A stretch of 64,000 bases of DNA from Rhizaria sp. SCN 62-66. Lineage: Eukaryota. Position numbers and translations under genes: made by a program. Shown here in pieces: positions 1-12,000 of this stretch. The notes under the pieces are model-generated. The model saw only the letters and a program-made list of their open reading frames with translations, ran no database searches and was not told where the DNA came from. Positions within the stretch are counted from its first letter, which is position 1. Each line of letters begins with the position of its first letter. Location of the stretch: assembly GCA_001724265.1 (NCBI GenBank), contig MEDY01000071.1:1-64000 (forward strand), read 5' to 3'.

Positions 1-419
1 ATAAACCACGTAGTTTGATAACTTCTACGAAAGTGCGCCAAAGTCGCAAAAAAAGCGCGAAATCGCGTTTTTTAGTTGACGCTACATAGGGGTTACACAG
101 TTGAATATGTATCCATGTGTATCCATGTAATTTTATATTGTTTGATTGGATGTAATAATGTGTATTTTCTTCGTGATATGTAGTACGCATTGCAGAGAAG
201 AGCGTCACCGCGCGTCTCGCCCCGCCTTGCTCGCCGCTCGCCGCACTGGTACTGTGGGATCTGACACAGTACACCAGCGCAGTAGCGCTTTCAGAGAGCA
301 GAGGCGACAAAGGCATTCAGCGCAGAAACGCGACGCCCGACATCTTACGAAGAGCGACATGTAGTCGACCACTCCGTTAGCCTGCTGCTGCCACACAAGC
401 GCGCCGCGAGCCGGCACGA

Positions 420-1292
420 TTAGAGGCCGCAGCCGGGGCCGCTGCAGCGCTTGTTGTTAAGCGCGGGAGTGGCGGGCGCGGCGGCGTCGCGGCGGAGGCC
501 GCAGCCGGGACCGTTGCAGACGATCGCGGGCGCGGCGGCGGGCTCGACGGGGCCCTTCCAGGTGCGCATGCCGCCGAAGAGGAAGCGGGTGCCGACGACG
601 CCAGCAGTGACGGCGACCTCGGCGGCCTTGGAACCCTCGTCGCAGTTGTTGCCGACGAACATGATCGGGGTGTTGAAGCGGAGGTGCGCGGGGGCGAGCG
701 CGGGGGCGGAGACGGCGCCGGCGATGTGGCTCGCGGCGTACTCGGCGGCGGGGCGGATGTCGATGATGCGGTACTGGCGGAAGACGGGGAGCACGTCCTC
801 GGCCTCGATGCCGGCGTAGAAGGGCGCCTCCTCCTTGGTCACGGGGCCGGTCCAGGCAAGGAAGCCGTCGTTGATGTTGATGACCTGCTTAAAGCCAAAG
901 TCGGCGAGGAGGCCGGCGGCCTTGGCGGAGCGCATGCCGGAGCGGCAGTGGACGTAGAGGGGGACGTCGTTAGGGATGTCGTAGAAGGCGGAGGTGATGT
1001 TGCCGAGGGGGATGTTGCGAGCGTTGACGATGTGGCTCTCAGCGAACTCGGACACGGCCTCACGGACGTCGATAATGAAGAGCTTGGTGGGGGCCTTAGT
1101 GTACTCAGCGAGGAGCTCGGCAGCGGTCATGTTGGTGTAGCCGGCCTTGACGGGAGCAGCGACAGCAGTCATGGGCGCGATGGCAGCGGCGACCGAGGCG
1201 GGCATGGACGAGAACAGGCGCTCGAAGGGGGAGGCCGCAACAAGCGCGACAAGCGCGAGCAGGGCGGCAACCACAAGCTGGGTGTAACGCAT
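420..1292 (-). CDS. Secreted tandem rhodanese-domain (sulfurtransferase) protein
   Basis: ATG at 1292 begins a signal-peptide-like MRYTQLVVAALLALVALVAA. Domain 1 has IIDVRE...HIVNARNIP and active-site loop CRSGMRS. Domain 2 has IIDIRP...HIAGA with a degenerate loop. Strong C/G third-position bias. Stop is TAA. Confidence 0.88.
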   Translation of the reverse strand: MRYTQLVVAALLALVALVAASPFERLFSSMPASVAAAIAPMTAVAAPVKAGYTNMTAAELLAEYTKAPTKLFIIDVREAVSEFAESHIVNARNIPLGNITSAFYDIPNDVPLYVHCRSGMRSAKAAGLLADFGFKQVININDGFLAWTGPVTKEEAPFYAGIEAEDVLPVFRQYRIIDIRPAAEYAASHIAGAVSAPALAPAHLRFNTPIMFVGNNCDEGSKAAEVAVTAGVVGTRFLFGGMRTWKGPVEPAAAPAIVCNGPGCGLRRDAAAPATPALNNKRCSGPGCGL

Positions 1293-1785
1293 GCTGTAAA
1301 AACGACGAACAGGAACAGAAACAGAGGGAGGGTGAGGTAAGGATAACAAGCTACGTAGCCGCAAATCCGAAGCGTGAAACGAACACCATTTCAGGACCAG
1401 TGGCGAGTTTTTAAAGAAAACTATATAGTCAACGTGCACACAAATTATATCAAACACACATGAGCTTGTGACAGCGGGTATACGTGTCTCAATAACGGAA
1501 CCGCAGATACTGGCGTGCCTTTTGCAATGTGCGACCACAGCCGACCGACTGAGTTGTGGCTGTGACCGTGAGCAGAGTGCAACCAGAGAGAGAGGTCCTT
1601 TGAGACTTGCCTCCTGTCATGAACAGATCGTCAGTGGTTGAGTTGACCTGATTTTCCGAGTTTATTTTGTATATGATATTTGTAATTTTAATTGTTTTCA
1701 CATATGACCTTATTTTTCAGCACAGCTCGACTCAAAGCATCCCACTGGTGTTCTAACGGCTCTCTCCCTACTTCGCCCTCCAGCA

Positions 1786-4700
1786 ATGAGCGCTCCCCCG
1801 TTGCCGTCACACGGGCCGCCACAGCCGCTCCTGCCACCGACGGGTTTAGGCTTAAACACTTCTGTGCTCGTCTCCTCCTCTGCTTCCAGCACATCTTCAG
1901 CACCGACAACCAGCAACAGCAACAGCGGCGGCTCCCTGCGCGCACGCGTGCAGTCAATTCTGTCATCACTGCAGCAGCTGGATAAGCGTTACCTTCAGCC
2001 CGACGGCTCGTACCCGGCGGACGTTGTGCCCGTGATTATTGCGCTGCAGTCGCAGCTTGTGGCACTGCAGAACGAGGCCAAGGCCCGCGAGGCGGCCGCG
2101 CGCGCCCGCGACGCGCTGCCCACTGCCAACCCCGCCGCCCCTGGCAACGGCGCAGCGGCCGCGGCCCCGCGGAGCAGCGCGGCGTCTGCAGCGGCGGCCG
2201 CAGCGGCGGTGGCGGCGATTCCGACGCTGTTTGCGACCAGCCGGCCACACAGCCGGTCGCCGCCGCTGCCCGGGTCCCCACCGCCGCGCTTCCCTCCGCC
2301 GCCGCTGGGCTCCGCCGCGCCCTTCTGCACCGCCCCCGTGCCTGGCAGAGGCGGCAGAGGCGGCAGCGGGGACGTTTGCACACAGGACAGCTACGTCAAG
2401 CCAGGGTTGCAGCAACCCCAGCCGTATCAGCCGTACCAGCTGCCGCCGCAGACGTACGGCGGCGCGCAGCTCCCCAGCTCATACCAGAACTACAACCCCA
2501 GCTACTCCAGCAAGAGCACCGCGAGCGCGGACCCGCACGGCCAGCGCCAGGGCCAGAGCCAGGACCGGGAGCCCGCGGCGCTGCGCCACCGGCACCGCCC
2601 CGTGGCCCCCGCGCCGCCGCTCCAGCCCTCCGCGCTCTCTCGCTCCCGCTCCCGCTCCCGCTCCCCGGGCTACGGCGGCGCGGCCGGCGGGGTGGCCGGC
2701 GACAGCGGCGGCGGCGGCGGCGGCGTGCGGCGGCTGGCTGCGACGTCGGCCGCGGTGCAGAAGGACATCGCGTCGACGCTGCACGCCATCACGTCGCAGC
2801 TCGCCTCGCTGCGCAACAACGACAACGCAAGTCACGGCTGCCGCAGCCCCGGCGCCGGCGAGAGGCCCCGGCCGCCGTGGGTGCCGCCGCTGGGCGCACT
2901 GTCGTCTCAGCACGCGGACACGGCGCGCCAGGGCGCCGCCAGCGCGCGCTGCCCCTACTCGCCCTCGAGCTCCAGCCGCGCGCTGGCCTCCCCGCGCAAC
3001 GCGCGCCCTGGCCTCGCTGGCTACACCGACGGCCACGGCCCCGCGGGCGCGTGCCCGCACGGCGCGGCGTGCGCGTACTGCGGCATCAACGCCGCCGCGG
3101 CCGCCGCGCTCGGCGGGGCCCCCGGCTTTGGCTACGTCCACGTCGCGCCCCCCGGCGCGCGCGGTGACGGCGCTGAGCTGGGCGGCACGGGCAGCCAGGC
3201 GGTTACACTGTGCCCCGTCGTGTCCCCGCGCCGGCCCGCCGCTCCGGGCACGGCGACCGTGGGGACGAGCCCGCGCCCCGGCGCCGGTGCCGGTATGTCG
3301 CCGCGGCGGCCAGGGTCGCCGCTGCCCGCGGGCTTCACCCCGCACTCGCACGGCGCGTCCCCCGTGCGCCGCGACGCGCACGCCAACTGCGCACACGGGA
3401 CGCACGGTCAGTCCGTGGCCGTGGGCACGTCGCCCTTTGCGACGCCGCGCCGGCCCGCCTCGGCCGCGGCCACCGCGCGGCCCGGCGCTGCGTCGCCTTT
3501 TGCGACCCCGCGCAAGCCCGTCGCACCCGCCGCGTCCGCTGCGCCCGGACAGTGCGCCGCGTGCGGGGCTGCGCGCGCTGACGGCGCCGACGGCGACGGT
3601 TATGACGGCGCCGCGGGTCACCCGGGCGCCGGGCACTGCAGCCAGTGCGGCTACTGCGCCGGCGTGCCGCGCGCGCGTCCCCCCGCGGCCGCGCTGGCGC
3701 CGGGGCAGGCGCTGCCGCCCGGCCGCGGCTGTCGCTGCGAGTGCGGATGCCACGCCGCCGCCTGCCGCGCCGCGGGCGGCTGCGTCTTCGCGACCGCGCC
3801 GCCCGTGTCGAACGGCGCTTCCGACGACGCGGCGCTGCTCGCGTCGCCCCTGGTCCAGTGGGCGGTCAAGGCCCCTGCGGCTGGCCCCGCGTGCGGCGCA
3901 TGCGCGGCGGACCCAGCGTGCGGCGCGACGGCGGGGGACGACGTGCCGTTGTCGGCGCCGCAGACGGCCGCGCTGCGGCGCGCGCTGCGGGCCGCGCTCG
4001 CGGGCAAGGCGACCGCCGAGCAGGCCGCGGCGCGCGCACAGGCGCAGCTGCAGAGCGGAGCAAACAGCGGCAACAACAACGGGCTTGGGTACGGCGGCGA
4101 CACGGCGATGAACGTGCTGCTGCAGCTGGCCGAGGGCGGCGGCGGCGGCGGGAGCCAAACGGCGCGCTCGCGGCCGATGCCGGTGACCGAGGCCGAGAAG
4201 GACGAGGAGATTGCGTACCTCCGCCTGCAGGTCGACGAGGGCATCGACGCTGTGACGGCGCTGCAGCGGCGGCTCTACACGGCGCAGGCCGACGCGAACC
4301 GCGCGCGCGCCAAGGCGGCCTCGGTTGAGGGCAACGTCGACAAGGACAAGTGGGCGCTGCTGGCGCGCATTGACGAGCTGGAGGAGGAGAAGCGGTTGCT
4401 CGAGGAGGGCATGCGGCTGCTGCGCTTCACGGCCGACACGGCGGCGACAGACGCGGAGAACGAGGCGGACCTGGGCCGTCTGCTGCGGACCGACCTGGCG
4501 GCCTCCAAGGCCAACGTGGGCGCGATGCACGAGCACATGGCGCGGTTGCAGAAGGAGCTGCGCGCAGACGTGGCGCGGAGCGGGCGCGAAAAACTCAAGA
4601 TGGCGTGCGCCAAGTACCTCTCGGTGTGGTACCGCGACCGCTACCGCACGGGGCTGGCCGCGCTGGCGGACGGCGCGGGCGTGCGCGACCGCGTGATGCG

Positions 4701-5892
4701 CGAGGGGCTCGACACCGTCTTCCGCGACGGCGACGCCAGCGGCTACCAGAGTGCGCGCGGAGACAAGGACAAGGACACGGGACGCGTGCCGGCTGACACG
4801 CTGCGCACGGCGCAGGCGGAAATCACGCGGCTTGAGGTACGTAACGTGGCAGTTTCATTTCTTACCTTTAGTCGATTTTATTTGTCTAACATTCATATAT
4901 TGATCTTGAATCTCATGCATATTTTGCTTTTTCATTCACTCTGCTATTGCGCATTCCCTCTTAGACCGCATTGCTCAACCGCGAGATCCTTTTGCGCGAG
5001 GCGAGCGATGAGGCGTCGAAGCTCTCGGCCGCGCTTGCCGCAGCGAAGAATGAGGCACTTAGGGCCAAGACCAACGCTCAGCTTTCTTGTACGTCCTTGA
5101 TATACATCACGATGAAACGACTCTGTTTGCACATTTGCTTTTCATGATCACAAACATCCACACTCATATTGCACACCATCCGATTCTCTCTTGCTCTTTC
5201 TTCAACAGTGGCCGAGATCGCGTCTGACGACGCGTCGCTGCGGTCTGCGCACCAGCAGCTGACGCGCGTGCTACTGGACTCGTTCCATGGCGACTACATC
5301 ACGGCGCGCACGAACCGCGGCGTGCTGCAGCACGTGTACTCGAAGCAGGAGAGCGTCATCGCCTTCGCCGACGTCGTCACCGTGATCAACAGCAAAAACA
5401 AGCACCAACAGCGCGTTCTCATTGTCACCGACAAGGGCGTGTACGTGCTGCGCGGCGCGGAGGTTGAGGCCTACGTGCTTATTGGCAACTTGACGCATCT
5501 CAGCATCTCGCGCTTTGCGGGCGACCTTCTCATTGTCCACCACCAAGCGCGTCACGACGTTGTGGTACGTTCATGCTTCAAAATTGCGTCACGCTGTTCT
5601 GATACTTTCGTTTGCGATTCGATTAATGCTATTTTGCTTGTTCACTAACATTGTATCTTTTTTTATTGGCTCTATTTGTTTTTCCTTGTAGCTGCTGTCG
5701 CCGAAGCGCAGCGAGATTCTCTTCTGCATCTCGCTGCAGTACCTGCGTCTGCGCGGGCGCACGATGCCGGTGCAGTGCTCGGAGCGCTTGCTGGCCTGCG
5801 ATGACGGCTCGCACCACCGCGAGATTACGGTCCCGGCCACGCAGACCGTGCGCGCCACGGACTCGATGCTCATCGCCACGCATCTGAGTTAA
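1786..5892 (+). CDS. Low-complexity/coiled-coil protein with C-terminal myosin TH1-like (PH-fold) domain; 4 exons (1786-4836, 4965-5088, 5209-5564, 5692-5892)
   Basis: Three AT-rich GTACGT...AG introns join in frame (phases 0, 1, 0). The C-terminal VIAFADVVTVINSKNKHQQRVLIVTDKGVYVL...LSISRFAGDLLIVH resembles Myosin_TH1. Coiled-coil-like sequence at about 4190-5090. Stop is TAA at 5890-5892. Confidence 0.75.
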
Positions 5893-6072
5893 GCCAAACA
5901 CGAGCGCTCACAAGTGACTTTCTGTGATCATAAATGTTTTATAGTTGTCTGTTTATATGATGAATATCGCAAATAAAGCATTGTTTGTTTGTTTATTCAC
6001 ATCACTGTCTAAACTCAATTCAAAGAACAACTTGCACGTCTCATGCACAGCGGGCATTCACGATCTTACACT

Positions 6073-6081
6073 TTACATGCC

Positions 6082-6114
<33 letters not shown>

Positions 6115-6593
6115 GCCGTAGAACCCCATCGGCGGCGGCGGGGGCGGCGGCGGAGGCACGCCGGCCCCAAAGCTCTCCGGGGGCGGCGGCGGCGGCGGAG
6201 GCGCGCCCCCGAACCCGCCCTGCATGGGGCCATAGCCGTGGCCGTATTGCTGCTGCTGCATCATCATGTGCGGCGGCGGCGGCGGTGGAGCGTAGCCGCC
6301 GGCGCCCGCGCCGGGCGGGAAGCCCGGGGGGCCGCCAAAGCCGCCGCCGGGAGGCCCGTAGTGACCGTGGGCCGCGGGGGCGTATTGGCCGGGGGGGCCG
6401 CCGTAGGGTGCCCGCGGCGGGTAGCCACCGGGCCCAGGGCCGTACTGCTGGGGCGGGTAACCGACGTTGTAGCCGCCGCCGCCGCCGCGGTTGTTGTAGT
6501 TGTTGTTGTAGCCAGGCGCGTTGCCGCCCCAGCCCTGCTGCATCTGCATCTGCATCTGCTGCTGCTGCATCTGCTGCTGCTGCTGCTGCTGCA

Positions 6594-6649
<56 letters not shown>

Positions 6650-8538
6650 TGCGGAAGGACGGCGCCGGCACCACCCGCGGCGCTGCCGCCGTTGGCGCTG
6701 CTGTTGGCGCCGGCGCCGGCCGAGGACGAGGCCGCGCGCGCGGAGTCGACATCTTGCATGAACTGCTGCAACTCGGCGTCGAACTGGTCCAGGTCGTCAC
6801 CGCCCGCGCCCGCGCCCGCACCTGATCCAGCGCCAGCCGCGCCAGCCGCGGTGGGAGCGAAGCCGCCGAAGCCGTCGCTGCTGGCCATGCCGGCGGCCAC
6901 ACCGTTGCCGTACCGGAACGCGGGGTCGTCCTTTCGCGGGCAGTCCATCGACAGGTGCGACGTGGCGCCGCAGTGCGCACACGTGTTGGTCGGCCCCTGC
7001 CAGTTAGTGATGGTGCGCTGCTGCGCCATCTTGGCCTTGGTCGAGTCGTCCTTGACAAAGCCCTGCAGCGAGGCCAGCTCGCGCAGTTGCCGCGCCTTGT
7101 GGTCGTTGAGCTCTTCGGGCACGATGCGGATCACGTGCCGCACCATCGCAGCCGCGCGGTTCACCTGCTCCATGGTGTCGCCCTCGATGTACACGTGTTC
7201 TTCCTCGTTCTCGCCGTGCACCACGCGCCGGCGCGCGCGCGCGTCGTTCGAGTACTTTGGTCCGCGGACGGAGATGGTGCAGCCCGTCTGCTCCTGCATG
7301 CGCCGGTGCGTGTTACCGCGCGGCCCAATGACGAGCCCCGAGAAGTTGACGTCGGGGTGCTCGGCCACAGGCAGCGGGATCCGCACAGACACGCGCTCCT
7401 TCTTGTAGCCCGCGACGGTAAAGCCGGCGTCGAACTCGCGCTGCACCTGCTCCACGAGCAGGTTGCGCTCGCGCGTCACCTTGTCGCGGAAGCGCTGCTC
7501 GCGCGTGTTGGTGCGCTTGCCGGCCGTGTCGTAAGTAGGGCCCGGCGACGGCGAGCGCTCGCGCGTGGGGATCAGCGCAACGTAGTCGGCCGGGTTGGCA
7601 ATCTTGGCGTTGAGGACCTCGATCTTGAGTTTGAGCATGTGCAGCGCCCTGTCGCGTTCGCTCATGCGGCTCGTGTCCACGGCCGCCAGCTGCTGCGCAG
7701 GGTTCAGCGCCGTCTTGACCGCCAGCTGCGCGGCCAGCGCCTGTGCGCGCTCCAGCGCCAGCGCCGCCGGGTCCAGCTCGGCGGGCGCGACGGCGATGGG
7801 CACGAAGCCGCTGCCGTCACCGACGCTCGCAGGCGGCGCGGGGGCCGCAGGCGCTGCTGCTGCCGCGGGCGTTGCTGCGGAGGCGGGGCCGGCCGACGTG
7901 GCGAGGAGCAAAGGGTCAGCCAGCACGGAGGCACCCCAGCGCGAGCGGCGCCGCGGAGCCTCTTGTCCCCCCGCAGACGCAGCCGCAGCCTCAGCAGCAC
8001 CGGTCGCAGCCGCTGAGGCAGAGGGCGTGCTCAGGCCGGCTGTTGCGGGCGCGGGGAGCTGGACGTCGGCACCCTCGCCCTGCGCGGCAACAGTGAGCGC
8101 GGTCTCCATGGGCGGGGCGGTGATGGGGGCGAAGCGTGCGCGCTTGGGGATGCGGTTTCTCGTGGCCGGGGCAGAGGACGTAGAGGGGGAGCCGACAGAG
8201 GCGGACGCGGAGTCGCTTGAGGGAGTCGCGGAGGAGTCCGTAGCGGTCGCTGGCGGGGCAGAAGAGGTGACCGCAGGCTTAAGCGGACCGAGAAAAGAAA
8301 GACCGTCGATGACGTGTCCGTTGTCGTCGGTACCGTCGTCATCTGCCATGTCCAGCTTCGCAGCTTCAGAGGCGGAGACAGCGACGACCTTGACCTCGTC
8401 CTCTGTCCGCATCGCGGAACCAGGACCAGTGTAGACCTCGCCGCCATCCAGAGCGCGGACGGGCTGATTCTCCGAGGCTGTCAGCTGCTCTTCGCTGTAC
8501 TGCGGCATCACGATGCCGGCAAAGTCGCGCCAAGACAT
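6073..8538 (-). CDS. SF1: Splicing factor 1 / branchpoint-bridging protein
   Basis: ULM motif RRRSRWG, RSPSP...YDTAGKRTNTREQR, KH domain (NFSGLVIGPRGNT), QUA2 (NDHKARQLRELA), zinc knuckle CAHCGATSHLSMDC and a Pro/Gln-rich tail. Confidence 0.95.
6536..6651 (-). repeat. CAG trinucleotide tract encoding polyQ (with interspersed Met) in SF1
   Basis: Long (CTG)n run on the + strand, in frame with SF1. Confidence 0.95.
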
Positions 8539-9035
8539 ACTGATCGGGTGTGCGCAGAGATGCGATCAGCGGATTCGGGTTCGGGGAGGCTACAAAGAAA
8601 AAAATAGGAGGAAATATACAAAGAGAAATATAGTTAATCATCATTTAAATGTGACATACTCTGTACAGTTTTGAGATCTGCTATTTCTGACTTAGACCAC
8701 CTTGTTTCAAAATGAGCGACGGCCAACGGCTTCGGGGTCGCACGAGGCAGACGAGTGGCGCGGAATTTTTAACTTGGATATCTTCACATATCGTCTGTCA
8801 ACAGGACTAACCACGCACAGGAAGAATTAAATTGATGAGGCACTACAAATGTTCTTTTAGCACTGTGATTTCAAAAAGTTTATTCCCATCTGCCATCATA
8901 GATCGCACCACTCGCTTGCCGTGTCGATCGTCTCATCACAGAAGCTCATGATACCTTGTTCTCAATAGCACAGATTTAACCTCGCGCCGTTCCGGCTTTG
9001 CCCCACCTTTTATTCCAAGTGTTGTGCGTGTTTTG

Positions 9036-12000
9036 ATGTTGGGTGCACGTCGTCGACTCACTGCAGTCGCACGCACGAGGTTGCCACAACAGCCGTCGAC
9101 GCGCCGTCATATCACCAGTGCCACTCCCACATCGGCGACCGCGACTTTATCGAGTGTTGTCCTGCCCCGCGTTCCTACTGAGGATGACCGCGCGGCCGTT
9201 CATGCGCTCCACCGCCTTGTGTGCGCCAGCTCCGCCGCTGCGGCCGCGCGCGAGGACTACATGGCGCAGCTCCGCACGCGGCCCCTCACCGTCTCCAGCC
9301 CTCACGGCGGCTGCTCACAGTCGTCGGAGGCCGCGCGAGCTGCTGCGGGGAGCGGGATGAGCTTTACGCGGCTAGGCTCGTGGCGAATGCAGTTTGCAGA
9401 CTTGCCCCTTGTGTTCACAACTTGCAGCAGCGTAAACATGCGAGGAGTTGGAGATGGCAGTGGCGGTGGCCGTGACACGACAGCCTTGGTGCCGGGCGGG
9501 ATAGATCCAGGACATGCAGCAACTGCTGTCGACGACTGTGGACAAGCAGACATGTTTACGGAGCGGGTCGTTCCTGCACTGCCATCTGGCCTAACGCTTC
9601 ACGTAGAGTCACAGTCGCCGTCGCAGCACCTGTCGGCGTCTTCGCTAACACCACAATCGTCGCATCCATCGGCATTGTCACCGCCAGTGGGGTCACCCTC
9701 AGCGCCAGCCCCGTCGCTGCTCTCGGGTTTCTCTCTCAGTGGGTTGTTTGAGGACCGCTACCGCATCCTCACTGTCCAGCGCGTCCGCTGCCACTCCAGT
9801 CACGATGCAAACGCTGCTCAGTCGCTGACGCCAGCCGGGTTTGCTGCTTTAGTTGCTGAGCGCGGCTACTTGCTACCCCCTGCGCGTCAAGACACCGAGG
9901 CCGTTGCTGCCTCTCTCTTCACCAACACCGGCCACGTCAGCAACTCGAATCACAACACGAGCAGCGAGAGCAGTCGTCGTGCGTATCTGGACGACTCACT
10001 GACTGTGCGCACGGGCACTGCTGGCGGGACACTCGAGGCGTGGACTGTGCTTCCGCCACAGAGTGTCGATGCGGGGGTGGAGCTGACGCTGCGGCTGTAT
10101 CGCCCCTCACGTGCGCAGCGGGCGCGGTGGCTCGCCCGCGCGCTCGTCGTCGTCCCCGCCGCCGCGCTGGCGCTGCCGCCGCTGCTGCCCGCGGTCATGT
10201 CCAAGGAGCTCGCAGCGCTGCAACGGTATGAAGCGCACACCGCGTCTCTTGCAGTCGCCTCTCTGCCCTTAGTTACCCCCGCGAAGCTCAGCATCCATGG
10301 CGCTACCGCCGATGCCGCCGCAGCCCATGGCACTGGCAGTGCGAGTGCACACGCGAGTGCGCATGCGAGCGCCAGTGTGCGCGCCCCGGTCCCCGCGCTG
10401 TCACCGCACTATCTGCATTACTCTGCGTGGACCTTTGCGTCGAACGTAGGAGGTGCAGCGGCAGGCGTGCTCTCGCTGCAGGCGTTGCTTTCCGCAGTGA
10501 CAAAGCTAACAACGGTCGCTTCCAACAACAGTGCTGCTCGCACTAGCGAGAACGGCGGTGACGCCTCGACAGTGACTACCGATGCAAGCTCTACCGCAGC
10601 GTCCAGCTCGCCACCCGCGGCGGATCTCACCGCCGCGGAGAACGTGTTGAGAGCCACCGCGGGCTCGCTTGATGCCGCAGCGATCGACGCGTCATCCGCG
10701 CTTGACTCGGCCAGCGCAGCCGACGCCGTCATTGCAGTCGCTGCCGACTTGGCCGCAGTGGCTCCCGTGTCAAGCGCGACTGCTGCCGCAAGCGCTGCCG
10801 CCGCTGCCGCCGCAGCTGCGACGCTCTCGTGGGTTGCCAAGGACTTGCTGGGCCAGCTCGGCGGCATCGCGCTCGTCGCGCGCACAGCCCGCGCCGACGC
10901 GCTCGACGCCGACGCCAAGCGGCACCGCGTGCGCGCTAACGCTGTGTACGCCGTGGCGTCGCTCTTCGAGGTTTTCACGCCACTGTTCCCAGCCCACTTT
11001 GTGGCGCTGGCAGCAGCGGGCAACGTCGGCAAGAACCTGAGCTGGCTCACCACCGCGGCGACCAAGGCGGCCGCGCACATGGCGTTTACGGCCGCCACGC
11101 GCGGCGCGAATCTCGGCGACGTTACGGCCAAGGCGTCCGCCCAGGCCACCGCGGCTGGCGTTGCGGGAACCGTGCTAGGCGCCTGCGTCGCGTACTTTGC
11201 GACGGTCAGCTCCGCGCTGCTCACGGTCGTCCCCGAAGTCGCGGGCGCCGGCGCGGTGCAGTGGCAGCCGCTGCTGCCCGCGCTGCTGTGCTTCACCGCG
11301 CTCTCCAGCGTTTCATTACTTGCGGCCGTCGAAGCGATGGCTGTGGTGGGACTACCTGCTCTGACCCGACAGCGCGCTGACTTGCTGGCTCGCGTCTTTG
11401 TGCGCAACGCAGACGCACCGCGGAGTGGAATGCGCTCTGCCGCGCGCGGCAGAGTGCATAGCGCGCTGGCTGTTGCTGATGTGGGCCGACTTGAAAATTT
11501 CATTTTGCCGTACTTGCCGCACAGTGCGCATGCAGTTGGTATAAGCTACGATGTTGTAGCTTCAGGGAGCGCGACGACTGCCAAACCGAGTAGCACGAGT
11601 AACGGAAGTGTTACTATGACTAAGAGTTTTTCCATGGGCACCGGCATTGCGCCTGTGCAGGTGACGCTTATCGTCACTCCAAGCAAACGTTTTCTCTCTG
11701 CTGTCACTGTCACTAACAACGCTGACGCCTCTGACGCGCCGTCGCAGTCCATGCAGGCGTTGGCCCGCGCGTTGCTGACCCCGGAGCGCACGCCTGCGCG
11801 GATGATGCGCTGTATGCTCACTGGCCAACGCGCGTCCACGGGCTCTGAACAAGCGCCTTCAGCGACCAACGCAAGCTCTCAGACTGCGTCGACGTCTGAT
11901 CGCCCCGCTGAAGGGCCAGGCACGGGCAGAGTATCTTCTGCCACTGAGGGCGGAACAAGAACTGATGCATCAGCGGGGACGCAGCCAGCATATGGCCCGG

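Noticed and set aside
1293-1538. N-terminal extensions in the ORF track from GTG/TTG starts (also 26776-26808, 31554-31667, 40904-40981)
   Set aside because: Eukaryotic locus. These stretches are UTR- or intron-like, so the first ATG was used.
6521-7408. PolyCys ORF on the + strand
   Set aside because: Antisense reading of the SF1 CAG tract.
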